DNA of 63,085 nucleotides, counting the filler, from Octopus bimaculoides (lineage: Eukaryota): NCBI RefSeq assembly GCF_001194135.2. It is 8 parts of 8 records of this genome, joined end to end, with 100 filler letters (N's around TTAATTAATTAA, not from the genome) between each part and the next. Parts side by side here need not be neighbours in the genome. Positions count along the whole stretch, not along the records: positions 1 to 27,118 come from NC_068987.1; 7 more parts are not named here. One strand, given 5' to 3'. Of this stretch, positions 1 to 14,009 are shown in pieces. Within the stretch, counting starts at the first letter, position 1. Every line of letters starts with the position of its first letter. The translations under genes were made by a program, and so were the position numbers. The notes below the pieces were generated by a model. The model saw only the letters and a program-made list of their open reading frames with translations, did no database searches and was not told where the DNA came from.

Positions 1-91
1 CCAATTACACACTCATTCAGTCATTCACTGATTCAATGAATGACTCAGTAATGGTGTGGCATCATATCAGATTTAAGAATATATGTATCCG

Positions 92-1311
92 TAAAGGGTA
101 AGTCAAAATTCATCCGTTGTTACTTAAGGCTGGCCGCACAGCCTTTAGCAGTGGTCATATAACCGAGGTTTGACCTTGATCTATACAGTTTACATTCTTG
201 AGTTATAGAGTAAACTTCGTCGACCCTCTGTCAGTGAGCACCGAGGGAAAACACAGATCAGTGATCCGATTTCTCAGGTCTGAAGGTGTGTCAAGAGCTG
301 AAATTTATCGCAGGTTTTGTAGTAGAATACGGGACAGCATAAAAGTGTGTCTGAGTGGACTGAGGAGATTAAAAATAACAGGACAAGCATTAAAACACGA
401 AGAGGGAGCGGCACGCCTATCAACCTCCATCATGGTGTGATGATTCAACAAGCTCGATACATGGTTCTGGCGAACCGACGAGTGACCATCGATGAGGTGG
501 CATGTTCTCTGTAAATTAGTCGTGGTTCTGCATACAAAATTATCCACGAGAACTTTCGCTTCCTTAAAGTCTGTGTGAGATCGGTGCCAAGAGATCTTAT
601 CGAGGCGCATAAGCGCAATTGTAAGGTGATCTGCGAACGTAGAATTATCTGTCAACATAGATGAGACTGGTGTCCATCAATTTGAATCACAATCCAAAGG
701 GCTGAATATAGACTGGAAACACCTGGAATCGCCAGAGAAAAGAGAATTCAAGACTCAACCTTCCGGAGAAAGAAGTGATGTAAATGATTTGGATTTAGGG
801 AGGCAAAAGAGCTTATTCTGGAACATAACCTGGAGTACAGTCTTCATTGTAGGGTACAATACAACGCCAATCAACAGAGTGAAACCAGTAATTCACACCA
901 AAAGCGGAGGTTCATTGTCAAAGTAAGTATTACATTTGCCGACAACGCACACCCATATACGGCCGCCCACACCGTTGAAAGAATACAAAAGTTAGGTTTC
1001 AAGTTGCTGGAAGACCATGCGTACAATCCAGATATCAATTCTTCTGACTATCACCTCTTTGGAGAGCTCAGACATCCATTAGAAGGTCATTGTTTAGCTA
1101 CGGACGAAGTAGCTCGATAAAAGGTGCATAAATGCCTGCGCGATCAGCCGAAAACCTTATCTCGGATGGAATGATGAAGCTTGTGGCTGCTGGAAGATGT
1201 ACATCGAAAGGCAAGGAGACGATGTCGAAAAATAATGAAATTCTTCAACCCCTGTTTTTGTTTTAATAAATTACAGAAAAAAGTGCTTATAATTTTTGAC
1301 TTATCCTCATA
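92..1311 (+). mobile_element. Near full-length decayed mariner (DD34D) transposon
   Basis: Imperfect TIRs: TAAAGGGTAAGTCAAAATTCAT (92-113) versus the reverse complement of 1289-1311, TATGAGGATAAGTCAAAAATTAT. Frameshifted transposase motifs occur in order: HRSVIRFLRSEG, RSVPRDL (WVPR-like), DETGVH, DNAHPYT, AYNPDINSSDYHLF (YSPDLAPSDYHLF-like). About 1.2 kb. Confidence 0.9.
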
Positions 1312-1318
1312 TCCATCC

Positions 1319-1372
<54 letters not shown>
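1319..1372. repeat. (ATCT)n microsatellite running into an N gap
   Basis: Directly visible tandem repeat. Confidence 0.95.
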
Positions 1373-1732
1373 NNNNNNNNNNNNNNNNNNNNNNNNNNNN
1401 NNNNNNNNNNNNNNNNNNNNNNNNNNNNNNNNNNNNNNNNNNNNNNNNNNNNNNNNNNNNNNNNNNNNNNNNNNNNNNNNNNNNNNNNNNNNNNNNNNNN
1501 NNNNNNNNNNNNNNNNNNNNNNNNNNNNNNNNNNNNNNNNNNNNNNNNNNNNNNNNNNNNNNNNNNNNNNNNNNNNNNNNNNNNNNNNNNNNNNNNNNNN
1601 NNNNNNNNNNNNNNNNNNNNNNNNNNNNNNNNNNNNNNNNNNNNNNNNNNNNNNNNNNNNNNNNNNNNNNNNNNNNNNNNNNNNNNNNNNNNNNNNNNNN
1701 NNNNNNNNNNNNNNNNNNNNNNNNNNNNNNNN

Positions 1733-1769
<37 letters not shown>

Positions 1770-3639
1770 CACATAGGCCAAACTCTACAAACGCAATGAG
1801 TCATTGACGATTTGTAATGTACAGATCATAAAGTATCATTAACGGGTTGATTTGAAATTATATTTAATAGTAATTCATATTTTTGTGGTCCTTCGCCACA
1901 CCTATTCCACATCGCCCGATAACGGACCATCTGCATACAAGCATACATACTTGCGTATACACACACAAAGCCATATAAGTATACGCAGGTACATATATAT
2001 ATGCTCAGCACAAACATACATACAATTATATATAGAGATGAGGCACACAAATTTTCACTTTGTGTCGACTTTGTACTTCCGGATTTTCGTACATGAAATG
2101 TGTTCGTGAAAGTGAGCATGTATGTGGTTATGTATCCCTATACGTATCAATGCGAGTATGTATGTGTATGTGATGTGTTTTTGTGTATGTGTGCGTGGGG
2201 GGCTGGTGCGTCTGCGTGAGTGGTATCAGATGGCTCGATCTTCGTCACGAATATCATTAAATAAGATTTCAAGATACATCAGTAAATAAATTACAGACGC
2301 AGACGCATGTAGAATGGGAGTGTTAGTAATGTTTCTGTGTGCATATACACATACATGCATATATATATATATATATTCATAATATATATATTTATATAAT
2401 ATATATCATGAATGTATATACATATATATATGTATATATTCATTATATACATTTTATAAATATATATTTATTATATATATANNNNNNNNNNNNNNNNNNN
2501 NNNNNNNNNNNNNNNNNNNNNNNNNNNNNNNNNNNNNNNNNNNNNNNNNNNNNNNNNNNNNNNNNNNNNNNNNNNNNNNNNNNNNNNNNNNNNNNNNNNN
2601 NNNNNNNNNNNNNNNNNNNNNNNNNNNNNNNNNNNNNNNNNNNNNNNNNNNNNNNNNNNNNNNNNNNNNNNNNNNNNNNNNNNNNNNNNNNNNNNNNNNN
2701 NNNNNNNNNNNNNNNNNNNNNNNNNNNNNNNNNNNNNNNNNNNNNNNNNNNNNNNNNNNNNNNNNNNNNNNNNNNNNNNNNNNNNNNNNNNNNNNNNNNN
2801 NNNNNNNNNNNNNNNNNNNNNNNNNNNNNNNNNNNNNNNNNNNNNNNNNNNNNNNNNNNNNNNNNNNNNNNNNNNNNNNNNNNNNNNNNNNNNNNNNNNN
2901 NNNNNNNNNNNNNNNNNNNNNNNNNNNNNNNNNNNNNNNNNNNNNNNNNNNNNNNNNNNNNNNNNNNNNNNNNNNNNNNNNNNNNNNNNNNNNNNNNNNN
3001 NNNNNNNNNNNNNNNNNNNNNNNNNNNNNNNNNNNNNNNNNNNNNNNNNNNNNNNNNNNNNNNNNNNNNNNNNNNNNNNNNNNNNNNNNNNNNNNNNNNN
3101 NNNNNNNNNNNNNNNNNNNNNNNNNNNNNNNNNNNNNNNNNNNNNNNNNNNNNNNNNNNNNNNNNNNNNNNNNNNNNNNNNNNNNNNNNNNNNNNNNNNN
3201 NNNNNNATATATATATATATATATATAAAGAAATAAGCAAACAAACAAATAGATAGATAGATAAATAAATAAATATACAAACAAGGAGTCTCACAAACAG
3301 ATAAATATCCATCTTTTGAATATAATTGAAAGGAACCCATAGCAATATAAACAAAAGAACAGAGTTTCTCTTGATATGAAGAGCTGAAAATCTCAGCATG
3401 GATATATTGCAAACAGGAAGAGGAAGTAGGACCGGATCACCATAAAATCAAAAACTCTGATCTCAAAACTACCGAATGGCAAGTACAAAAAGCCCCTCTC
3501 AGAAGTCTGATGGAGCATTAATAGTGGAATAAAACTGCTCTTTACAGTAGTAAGATGTTATAGAGCATACAGTCCGCTTTCATGAGTACAACTACTGAAG
3601 AAAAAACGGGAAAAAAATGGAAAATATATAATGGTAAAC

Positions 3640-3682
<43 letters not shown>

Positions 3683-3940
3683 AGAGAGAGAGAGAGAGAG
3701 AGAGATAGAGAGAGAGAGAGTGTGAGAGTGAGTGAGTGAGTGAGTGAGAGGTTGTATACGTGCATGTCTATGTACACATACACTTATATTTATACGTATG
3801 CATATCTTTTCATACGTGTATATATGTGTTTGTGTGTGTGTGTGTGTGGGAATATATATATATATTCACGCATAAATAAAAAATAGATAGACAAAAGATA
3901 GATCGATAGACAGACAGACAGACAGACAGACAGATATATT

Positions 3941-3976
<36 letters not shown>

Positions 3977-4213
3977 TATAGATAGATAGTGGAAATTGAG
4001 GAAATAGACAAAAAAATATGATGAAATTACATGAGTCATATGGTTTTGCTTATATGGATGGTGCAAACGTTTTGTTTTCGAAAATTATGGACGGCTAAGA
4101 GATTGAAGTGTTATATATAAACACATTCATCCACACACAATTACACACAGCAACAGATATACACTCACAAGTACACGCACTAATACCACAAGCCACACAC
4201 TGTGGTCTACTTG

Positions 4214-4255
<42 letters not shown>

Positions 4256-4260
4256 TCTTA

Positions 4261-5146
4261 CAGGGTGCGATGGGTAAATTGTCGCCATTTTATATTCTTA
4301 ATTTTGTACATGTGCATCGTTTGTTTTTGATTTTATTGACTGCAAAGTATAGTAGGGTCAGATGCCCCCCCCCGTCTGTGACTAAAATAGCACCATGAGG
4401 TTATTTACTCTGCTAGGAATTTGGAAACGATATACTGTACTGCTTGGTTTTCGCACCGGAGGTACCAATACGAACATTTCAGAATGTTTGGGTATCAATC
4501 TGAGAACAGTGCAATCTGAGGACACGTATCGAGAGTGATAAAAATCAAACATCCAGTCAACATCATGGTGCTTGGAGTGATCACTAGTGATGGCAATGTT
4601 ACGCCTTCATTCATCTACCCACACACGACCTCAGACTCAACACGGAGGCCTACATCAAGGGCCTGGAGGTGGTAGTGCTGCTCTGGGTCAAGAGGGTGGC
4701 TGCTGAAAGATCCTCTGTCTGGCAACAGGATTCTGCACCATGCCACACAGACAGGAGAACCCAGTTATGGCTGTCAGACAATTTCTGCGACCACATCACC
4801 CCTAACATCTGGCCGCCTAAAACCTCAGACTGCAACCCCACTGTCTGGGGCGCAGCTGAGCGAGAGGCCAACAAAACTCCTCGTAACACTAAAGATGTAC
4901 TGAAGGCAAGAATTATGGTAGCATTCAGTAACTTAAAGAAGGAGACCGTCCAGAAGAATTGCAGATGATTCCGAAGTCGTCCGGAGGCCGTGGTTGAAGC
5001 CAATGGCGATTTTTTGAATGAATTAACTCTTTAGTATTCCAAAATATTTTTTATGTGATTTTGGTAAATATATATGTTAAAATGAGATGTCAGTGTTATT
5101 TTCCTTTTTGCGTAATTTAGACGAGAATTTATTCACCGCACGCTCT
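4261..5146 (+). mobile_element. Internally deleted non-autonomous maT (DD37D) Tc1/mariner element
   Basis: TA precedes CAGGGTGCGATGGGTAAATTGTCGCC, and the right end GACGAGAATTTATTCACCGCACGCT is an imperfect inverted repeat of it. It encodes only the C-terminal catalytic part (KIKHPVNIMVLGVITSDG...WQQDSAPCHT...WPPKTSDCNP). A second copy lies at 32135. Confidence 0.85.
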
Positions 5147-5247
5147 CTCTCTCTATCTCTCTCTCTCTCTCTCTCTCTNNNNNNNNNNNNNNNNNNNNNN
5201 NNNNNNNNNNNNNNNNNNNNNNNNNNNNNNNNNNNNNNNNNNNNNNN

Positions 5248-5332
<85 letters not shown>

Positions 5333-5947
5333 TATGTATATATATATATACACACATATATATATATACATATACATATACAGACATGTATTTGTGTGTG
5401 TGTTTATGAATGTATGTGTAATAGAATATGTGCATTTCATGAAAACGTACGTGGATTCTGATCTTAGGTTGAAATACCACATGCTACAACGTTGAAAATA
5501 GAAATTACGACAAAAATCTTAAGTAATCGTGAAGATGAGCGAAGTTAGGAAACCACCCAGGTACGTTCTATTACAAAATCAGCATAGGTAAGAACTTTTC
5601 TAAAAGCAATCGAACATTGGAGATGTGATTATTTACGAGTGCCTGTTAGCACACTTTTAAATATTCACTGGAAGTGGCTCGTGGAATCGGTCGGTTGCAT
5701 AACATTCATGTGTCTCTTAAGAATACTATTATTAACTGCAATCTGAAATCGAACATTCTTCCATACGATTTCTAAATGATAAAGTCGACAATTGATTCTT
5801 GATTACGTCCATCAATTCATCGACCTATACTTCTATCTATTTCAATATAGCTCCAACAAGCGAATTATACTTGCGTTCATCGATGTTCCTACATCAAACG
5901 TCCAATTTAATAACTTACGAATGTGTGTGTATATATATGTATACACG

Positions 5948-6000
<53 letters not shown>

Positions 6001-6087
6001 TTCTCCCTCTCTCTCTCTCTCTATCTTTCTATCTATCTATCTGTGCGTGTGTGTATGTATGGGTGTGTGTGTGTGTGCGTGCGTGCG

Positions 6088-6157
<70 letters not shown>

Positions 6158-6164
6158 GTTTCAC

Positions 6165-6290
6165 TGGTTCTAGACCGTGGACGGCAGCCATACTGGGGAA
6201 AATCCTAAACTGTTTAGTCGATCATATCGATCCCAGTGCTTATTTCTGTCTGGTATTTTAACACATCTAGTTATCGAAACGCTAAGTTAT
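6165..6290 (-). mobile_element. Degenerate SINE tail fragment (family of 34801-35010)
   Basis: GACGGCAGCCATACTGGGG...GTCGATCATATCGATCCCAGTGCTTAT...CGAAACGCTAAGTTA resembles the 39147 and 46952 copies. Confidence 0.5.
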
Positions 6291-8299
6291 AAATGCCATT
6301 TTAATCTCCATCCCTCACCCGTTCTTTTCTGTCTTTATCGCAACCTATTTTTACTCTATTTTCCTCCTTTTCTCGTCATCTATATCTCTCTCTCTCTATG
6401 GAGTGTGGGAATTGAGATATCCAGCTATACTCTCTATCCAAATAACCCTCTTTTTCGATCTGCACAAATTTCTACCAATTTTCTATTTTTTTTATTACAC
6501 TCCCTGCTCGGTTTTCATCTGAAAACAGGGCTAGGCTAGTGTGATAAGAAGCATGAAACAAAGAATGCATTTAAATATTTCCTGACTAAGAAATCGAATA
6601 ACGGTTTATGTGAAGTAATTTATCAAAGCTTGCTCCAACGTGAAGCTGACTTTAACAACTAGCCCGTGTTAAGAGATAAAAGAGAAAGGAAGAGAGTGAG
6701 AGAGAGGGAGAAGGAAAGAAAGAAAGAAAAAGGTAAGAAAGAAAACAGTGAAAATCAACAAAAACTTGGCAAAAAAAAAAAGCAGAAAATATATGAATAA
6801 AACTCGAACCTTTATGTAGATTAAGAACGTGAATCTTGTCTACACGAAACGTTCAAATTATCGATTAACTATCAGGCTCAGAGTTCAGGAGAGTAAGCGT
6901 CTGTGGGTTGTATTGGTATTAATGTTAGTGAAATAAAAGTAGATAAGATGACTTCTATGTGTACATTGAGAAAGCAATTAATGTTTTATTTACTAACAGT
7001 AGAGTAATATTATTATGCAAGGCAAGTAAAATATTCTTGTACGCTCTGCCCTGAAAGCCTAACAGCAAAGCTATAAATGTGCCTCGATTCTCAGGTTAAG
7101 TCAAGCGTGAGTAAAAAGTATGTTTTAGTACACTAGTAAATTGTGGAAATGTACTAAAGAAAGGCATTCAGAGATAATTAGAATAGGCAGGTATGAGACA
7201 CAGGTTTCTTTATCATTCTGGTGTTAGTGAGGTCATAAAAGGACAGGAATTATTCTTTAGCACTAAAATCATATATCTACTCTTTGGATATTCGGACATG
7301 CGGCATTAATGGATAGGCGACTTGTCACTGACGAGGAACAAAAATGCTGAAACTTATCGCGAGCTTTCATTGTATATATATTAAAGTAATTTCTAACATT
7401 TGACTTCACGTCGATTGTGTGGTACACAGATTGCTTTTCGAATCTAAAATTCAAAGTTGTTTATTGTTTCTTCGTTTCTTAATCAGAATTATTTAATAAG
7501 ATAGTGATTTTTTTTCCTTATTAGTGTGCATACATTTCAATTATTAAAAATTTCTTCGTTCACTACATGAAAAATGTTAGCCATCACTTCGTTATTAATT
7601 TTAAAAAAAAGTTGTTTCCTTCAAGTAAAGGTAAAATGAACAAGTACAAATGAATTATAAACTAACAGATCCCAATATGTGTATCGCAACATATCACTCA
7701 GGAACAATAACACACTGTGACACACTCACACCAAAGCATGCACGCTGCTCGCATAATGCTTGCATATATATATATGTATATATATATGGATATATATATT
7801 CATCTAAGCATACTCAATGAGCACACACTGTCGATGGGACAGTTACAGCGGTACTCCTACTGAGATAACATTTCAGGATGTGATGTGTTTAATACTATAA
7901 TATGGGAAGGTGATTGAACATAATTGAAAAACACCTACCAAAAGGTATAAAGGCATCCAGCGATCCTCCGGACGAATATCGAAGTAACTGGCCAATCAAC
8001 GTCGTGCTTACGTATGCTACTCGCTGTAGTTATACATTTATGTGTGTGTTTGTGTGTGTGTATGCTGTTCGTAACTGTGCGTATGCATTTGTGCTAATAT
8101 ATATGTTTATATATGGAAATGTATGTAAATGTATATGTGCGTGTGCGTGCGTGTGCGTGTATATATTCGTATACAATTATAGACACAAATATATATCTCT
8201 ATGTATATATTTCTCCCTCTCTCTTTCTCTCTCCCCTTGTCTATCTAGCTGGATAGCTAGTTAGCTACGTATGTGCATTTATACATGTTCGTGTCTGCA

Positions 8300-8339
<40 letters not shown>

Positions 8340-8839
8340 CTTGAAAAGTTCTTGCATATAATTCATTGTGTCAATGTGTCTGAATATATACTGGGAGTGA
8401 CACAGACATATATCTGTACACATATATATGCAGATACGATCGTACCCGCTTCAAGCATACACATACATATAATTGAACACACATACATTAGTTTGGCTGT
8501 TTTGCACCAAGCTACAGCGACACAGTTCTTGTTAGTGGTGGAACTGATTACACAAAGAAAATAAATTATTCCCATGTGATCTACACCGATGTTTTAATTA
8601 AAACGGGTTAAGCTGTTAAGGTGTTAACCCCTTAACTACTGCATGAGCATGCTTCACATGGAATTAGGAATGTGTAAGTGCAAGCACACTGCAGAATAGT
8701 CCGTAAGTGGTTCTGACTAATACTCATTCCCTTCTCTTTGTCACAGAAATATATACAGAGAAACGTAGATGTTCGCACATACAGCATAAACGGGCACATA
8801 CATACACTCCCTCCACATATATATTCCTACACTTAGTTC

Positions 8840-8875
<36 letters not shown>

Positions 8876-9393
8876 NNNNNNNNNNNNNNNNNNNNNNNNN
8901 NNNNNNNNNNTATATATATATTTGAATGTATATATATATATATATATACATTCAAATATATATATATATATACATACATATACATATATATATATACATA
9001 TATATACATATATATGCATACACAAACACATATATATATATATATATATGCACACATATATACCTATTTATAATTCTTACACAATCACACACTATATATA
9101 TATATGTATTTATACATACACACACACACACACACGCACACACACTTATATATATGAAAGTACATGCATGCATAGAGAGTGCATATGCATATATGAGCAT
9201 TTATTTTTTATATATAATGCGTTATATATATTTACTCAAAATTCAAGGCGTATATCTTTGTGAATTATGTTAATCTGTGTATTTCATAATAAATACCAAC
9301 AAGAAAACGCACATCCATACACTGTAACACACGTGCTCGTCTTCCCTTCCATACACACCCAATCATTCACGCGCCCACATACACAATACACAC

Positions 9394-9473
<80 letters not shown>

Positions 9474-10048
9474 ACACACATATATATATATATATTTTAT
9501 CTATCTGTCTGACTGTCTGTCTCTCTCTCTATCTATCTGTATGTATGTATACATGTATACATATATACATATATGAATATGTATACATATGTGTGTGTGT
9601 GTAATTCCAGCTTCAAACGAATATAGATTCGTACACCTTACAGTGTCAAGGCGAACACATGCCATATTCTAAAGTCCATTCTCTCGCTCCAATTCACACA
9701 AATTCCAAATTTGGTAGCATCCATCAGTGATTATGGTTAGCAAGCGTATGCATCTTGCAGTCTTTGGAAAAACTCGCGCGCGCACACACACTCAAACACA
9801 CACAAAGTTACTCTAACATACACACAAATGTACATACAGAAGAATGGCTGTAAACACGTGCATACTCTTAAGAAAAGCATGTACGTATTACTCTATGTAC
9901 TAATATAGATGCCATGTCTGACTTTATAAATCAACTGCGATTGATGAGCAAACAGGCACACGTATGCATATGCTTATTGACATCATAACAAGCGTACATT
10001 TAGATACGCTTTCATACGCATACATAAACATACACACACACACACACT

Positions 10049-10100
<52 letters not shown>

Positions 10101-10265
10101 AATACAATGTCATACACTCGAATACAAACGTGCAATACAGCCAAGCTGAACGCTAATCCAAGCTAAGAAGTACATTGGACCAGTCCGACAGGAAAGAAGA
10201 AACAAGCAAACTGAATAAAGCAGACAGAAATATTGAGAGGATAGATAGAATAAATGGGTGGGAGG

Positions 10266-10301
<36 letters not shown>

Positions 10302-10926
10302 AGGAGAAAGGAAGAGAAGGGATATTCTAAAATCAATTGAAGTGGCATCAGTCTCCCTCTTTGTAGAAGGTCACATGAAGGAAATGCTGTGAAAAGTGCG
10401 CCCCCTTTACTATTTCCGTAAGAAAAACCTTCATGTCTCTTTTTGTCTCATAATTAAGTCGAAAAGGCCGGCTTATTCGCTTCAATAGGCAAACAGGAAT
10501 TTTTATTTTGCTATTTGTTTATTTATTGATTTTTAGTTTTCGTTGTCTTCTTGAAGTTTATACAGGCATTTCCAGTTGGTAAGTTTCATGGCAAATATCA
10601 AGCTAAAGTGCCGTCCGTTTTCTGTATCAAACGAATAGAATGCCTTTCTCAAGTGGAGTTGGAGAGATTGGGCGAATTTTGGTTTCTCCAATGAATAATG
10701 AAGTGTAAAAGTTGTTTGGAGAAATAGTGTTTATACCATTCCATTTTCAGTACACATTGGCTCCTTTCTCAATGCCAACCTTCCAATTCTTGGCTTTGTC
10801 CGAACTATTCCATTTTTCACCCGATTGGATTTTAGTTCTGTACAAAAGTCAAGTACATATGAATGCAATACTGCATACATACATACGTACATATATACAA
10901 ACATATAAATACATACNNNNNNNNNN

Positions 10927-10959
<33 letters not shown>

Positions 10960-11428
10960 TCATAAATGTTTATATACGCTGGTAGGCAACTGGACCTTTA
11001 TGCGTGTGTGTATGTGAATGTAAGCGTGTATATATTATATAATATAAAATATAACTGAAAACTATACTAGAACATATTTAATATTATACAACTCATAAAG
11101 ACTTTTACAAATACACATACACCCACAAAGATATGGCTGTGTATTTCTACAAATATCCACGCTTGCATTTTATAGGAGTGTGTCTGCAGATATGCAAATA
11201 GTGTTAAAATAACCAGTACGTTATATGAAGAAGTGTAAGTATAATATATCTAAGGATAAGCTATAAAAATATTTCTTTGCCTTGCTTTCATAAACATACA
11301 TGTAGTACCAGTGTGTCCAAAAAAGCCACGGGATATTTTTGCTGTAAATTTTAGTATTACGCAATTAAACGGACTCATATACATTTGTTTGCAACTTATC
11401 TGCAAAGACGCTGTTACATAAGTTGATT

Positions 11429-11429
11429 C

Positions 11430-11502
<73 letters not shown>

Positions 11503-11520
11503 ATTATCTATCTATCTATC
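11429..11520. repeat. (ATCT)n microsatellite
   Basis: Directly visible. Confidence 0.95.
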
Positions 11521-12637
11521 TTCACCCTTCTAGAATGAAATTACTTTCCCTCTTTTACTCATAATAATTTCTTGCATTAACTACTCTAGTGTTACCCAGT
11601 TATCTCACATTCATTATTGCACGATCAGAAAAAAAAAAACATATGGGCAATACCCCTTCCTCCCAACACAAAGGGCATATTCTCATTTAACTAACTTTAA
11701 TCCTACTAGTAATTTATTCATTTGCGTTCGTAAAACTGTTTCAGAATTCTGCAGCAGCCATGGTCTAATCTATACCATATCTATTATAGCTATAATGTAA
11801 ACTGCATGAATCATTACATTTTAAACATTCAATATCTCAAATAAACTCTCAAGACACATATGTTTGATGATATTGTACTGAAGTATGAAATATAGAGTAA
11901 ACATAAGCATTTCCTAAGAGCTTTTACAAACCGGGAGATGAATTATTATCTATAGTACTGAGTAGATGAGAAATAAATTTCCACTTACATAGGCACTATC
12001 TATTGCAAACATCCATTCAATATGATCTGATTAATAATTTGTGATAGCCTGTGCTGTATTTAAACTCAAGGCCGATCAGTTGGTATAACAATGAAGCAGC
12101 CAATGATGCAGCGTTTACGTGGTCACGCGACCTACTTGAAATAGCAATAATTTCTTTCTCAGTTAAAACATTGCTATATTTATATTTAAAGAAAAAACAA
12201 CAAAACACAAAACAAAAACGGTCACATATTAGCTGATGTAGTATAAGTCAATCTAAACTTGAAAAGAATTAGTCCTCACAACTGCAGCACGCGCAACAAT
12301 GACAATTACAACTTCCACATCATTCATTCTTTACATACATACATTCGAATATGAATATAAGTATATATATANNNNNNNNNNNNNNNNNNNNNNNNNNNNN
12401 NNNNNNNNNNNNNNNNNNNNNNNNNNNNNNNNNNNNNNNNNNNNNNNNNNNNNNNNNNNNNNNNNNNNNNNNNNNNNNNNNNNNNNNNNNNNNNNNNNNN
12501 NNNNNNNNNNNNNNNNNNNNNNNNNNNNNNNNNNNNNNNNNNNNNNNNNNNNNNNNNNNNNNNNNNNNNNNNNNNNNNNNNNNNNNNTATATATATTAAT
12601 GTTTGTTTTTGTGTTCAGTTATAATAAAAATATTTTC

Positions 12638-12688
12638 GGACTGCTCTCCGACGATGGCTTAGCTTGCCGAAACTTCGAAGTCACTGTC
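12638..12688 (+). ncRNA. Type I hammerhead-ribozyme-like motif, family B (CCGACGA core, GUC cleavage triplet)
   Basis: Layout: CCGACGA-T-GGC[TTAGCTT]GCC-GAA-ACTTCGAAGT-C-ACTGTC. Stem II, GAAA, a palindromic stem III and GUC are all present; the 5' strand of stem I is degenerate in this copy. Homologous copies lie at 51953 and 53397. Confidence 0.6.
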
Positions 12689-12720
12689 AACAACATTCTT
12701 GCATAAGAATTATATATATA

Positions 12721-13548
12721 TCCGGACTGTTGACATAGTAACGAAGCTAAAACATGTACAGTAAGTCTGCTTAGCACAAATTGATCTTGAACTCTGTTGT
12801 GCATGCGCGCTTAGTTTTAACGTTCTAGCTCACTTCTTCTATTTACAGTAGTGCTTGGAAGGAACGTGTGTTGCGTGTGATCATCGCATTGACCATGAGA
12901 GAGAAAGCTGCGCTGATAATCTGCATCAAATTTTGCTAAAAGCTTGGTGATTCCTGCTCAGAGGCATATTCAAAATTTTCGAGAAAAGTTTACATCGTTC
13001 TCGACACAATCAAGGAGATCTGGTGCAACTGAAACCCGAGTTTCTTATTGGTCAGCTGAAAGCAGTTTTGGCACAAACTTGGTAGACACGTGTCTCACCC
13101 TCTCAGTGATAATGGACTGAACTGAACCGTGACTAATCCGCACATCCTCTAACAACTCACGGATGGTGATTCGACGGTTTCTCCTCACAGCTGCATGCAT
13201 GCGAAGTTTTTCTCAGTTCTTCTGGTCGTGGCCATCTTGAAAACGTCTGAACCACGCCTACTCTAGTGTACGACTCATACATTACTCTCCATACACATTC
13301 TGCAACTTTGCGTTGGCCTCTGAGTAGGTATTGCCATGACAACTTTCTCTGTCGTGGTCAATGCCACGATCACACGTTACATACGTTCATTCCAGGTACT
13401 ACTGTAAACAGCGAAATCGAGCTAGAATGTTCAAACTTAGTGCGCATGCACAATAGAGTACAAGGTCAATCTGTGCTGAGTGGCTTTAGCCTGCGTGCTT
13501 CAGCGTCGTTACTATGGCAACAGTCCGAGTACTTATCGATCAGTTCTC

Positions 13549-13552
<4 letters not shown>
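12721..13552. mobile_element. Fold-back mariner derivative made of two inverted 5' halves
   Basis: 12721-~12985 (+) and ~12990-13552 (-) are inverted copies of the same 5' UTR and transposase N-terminus. The plus arm gives ICIKFC*KLGDSCSEAYSK; the minus arm gives AWFRRFQDG...RRNRRITIRELLEDVRISHGSVQSII...KFVPKLLSADQ. Confidence 0.8.
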
Positions 13553-13582
<30 letters not shown>

Positions 13583-13974
13583 NNNNNNNNNNNNNNNNNN
13601 NNNNNNNNNNNNNNNNNNNNNNNNNNNNNNNNNNNNNNNNNNNNNNNNNNNNNNNNNNNNNNNNNNNNNNNNNNNNNNNNNNNNNNNNNNNNNNNNNNNN
13701 NNNNNNNNNNNNNNNNNNNNNNNNNNNNNNNNNNNNNNNNNNNNNNNNNNNNNNNNNNNNNNNNNNNNNNNNNNNNNNNNNNNNNNNNNNNNNNNNNNNN
13801 NNNNNNNNNNNNNNNNNNNNNNNNNNNNNNNNNNNNNNNNNNNNNNNNNNNNNNNNNNNNNNNNNNNNNNNNNNNNNNNNNNNNNNNNNNNNNNNNNNNN
13901 NNNNNNNNNNNNNNNNNNNNNNNNNNNNNNNNNNNNNNNNNNNNNNNNNNNNNNNNNNNNNNNNNNNNNNNNNN

Positions 13975-14009
<35 letters not shown>

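Noticed and set aside
7328-7362. CTGACGA...GAAAC hammerhead candidate
   Set aside because: No stem II or stem I pairing.
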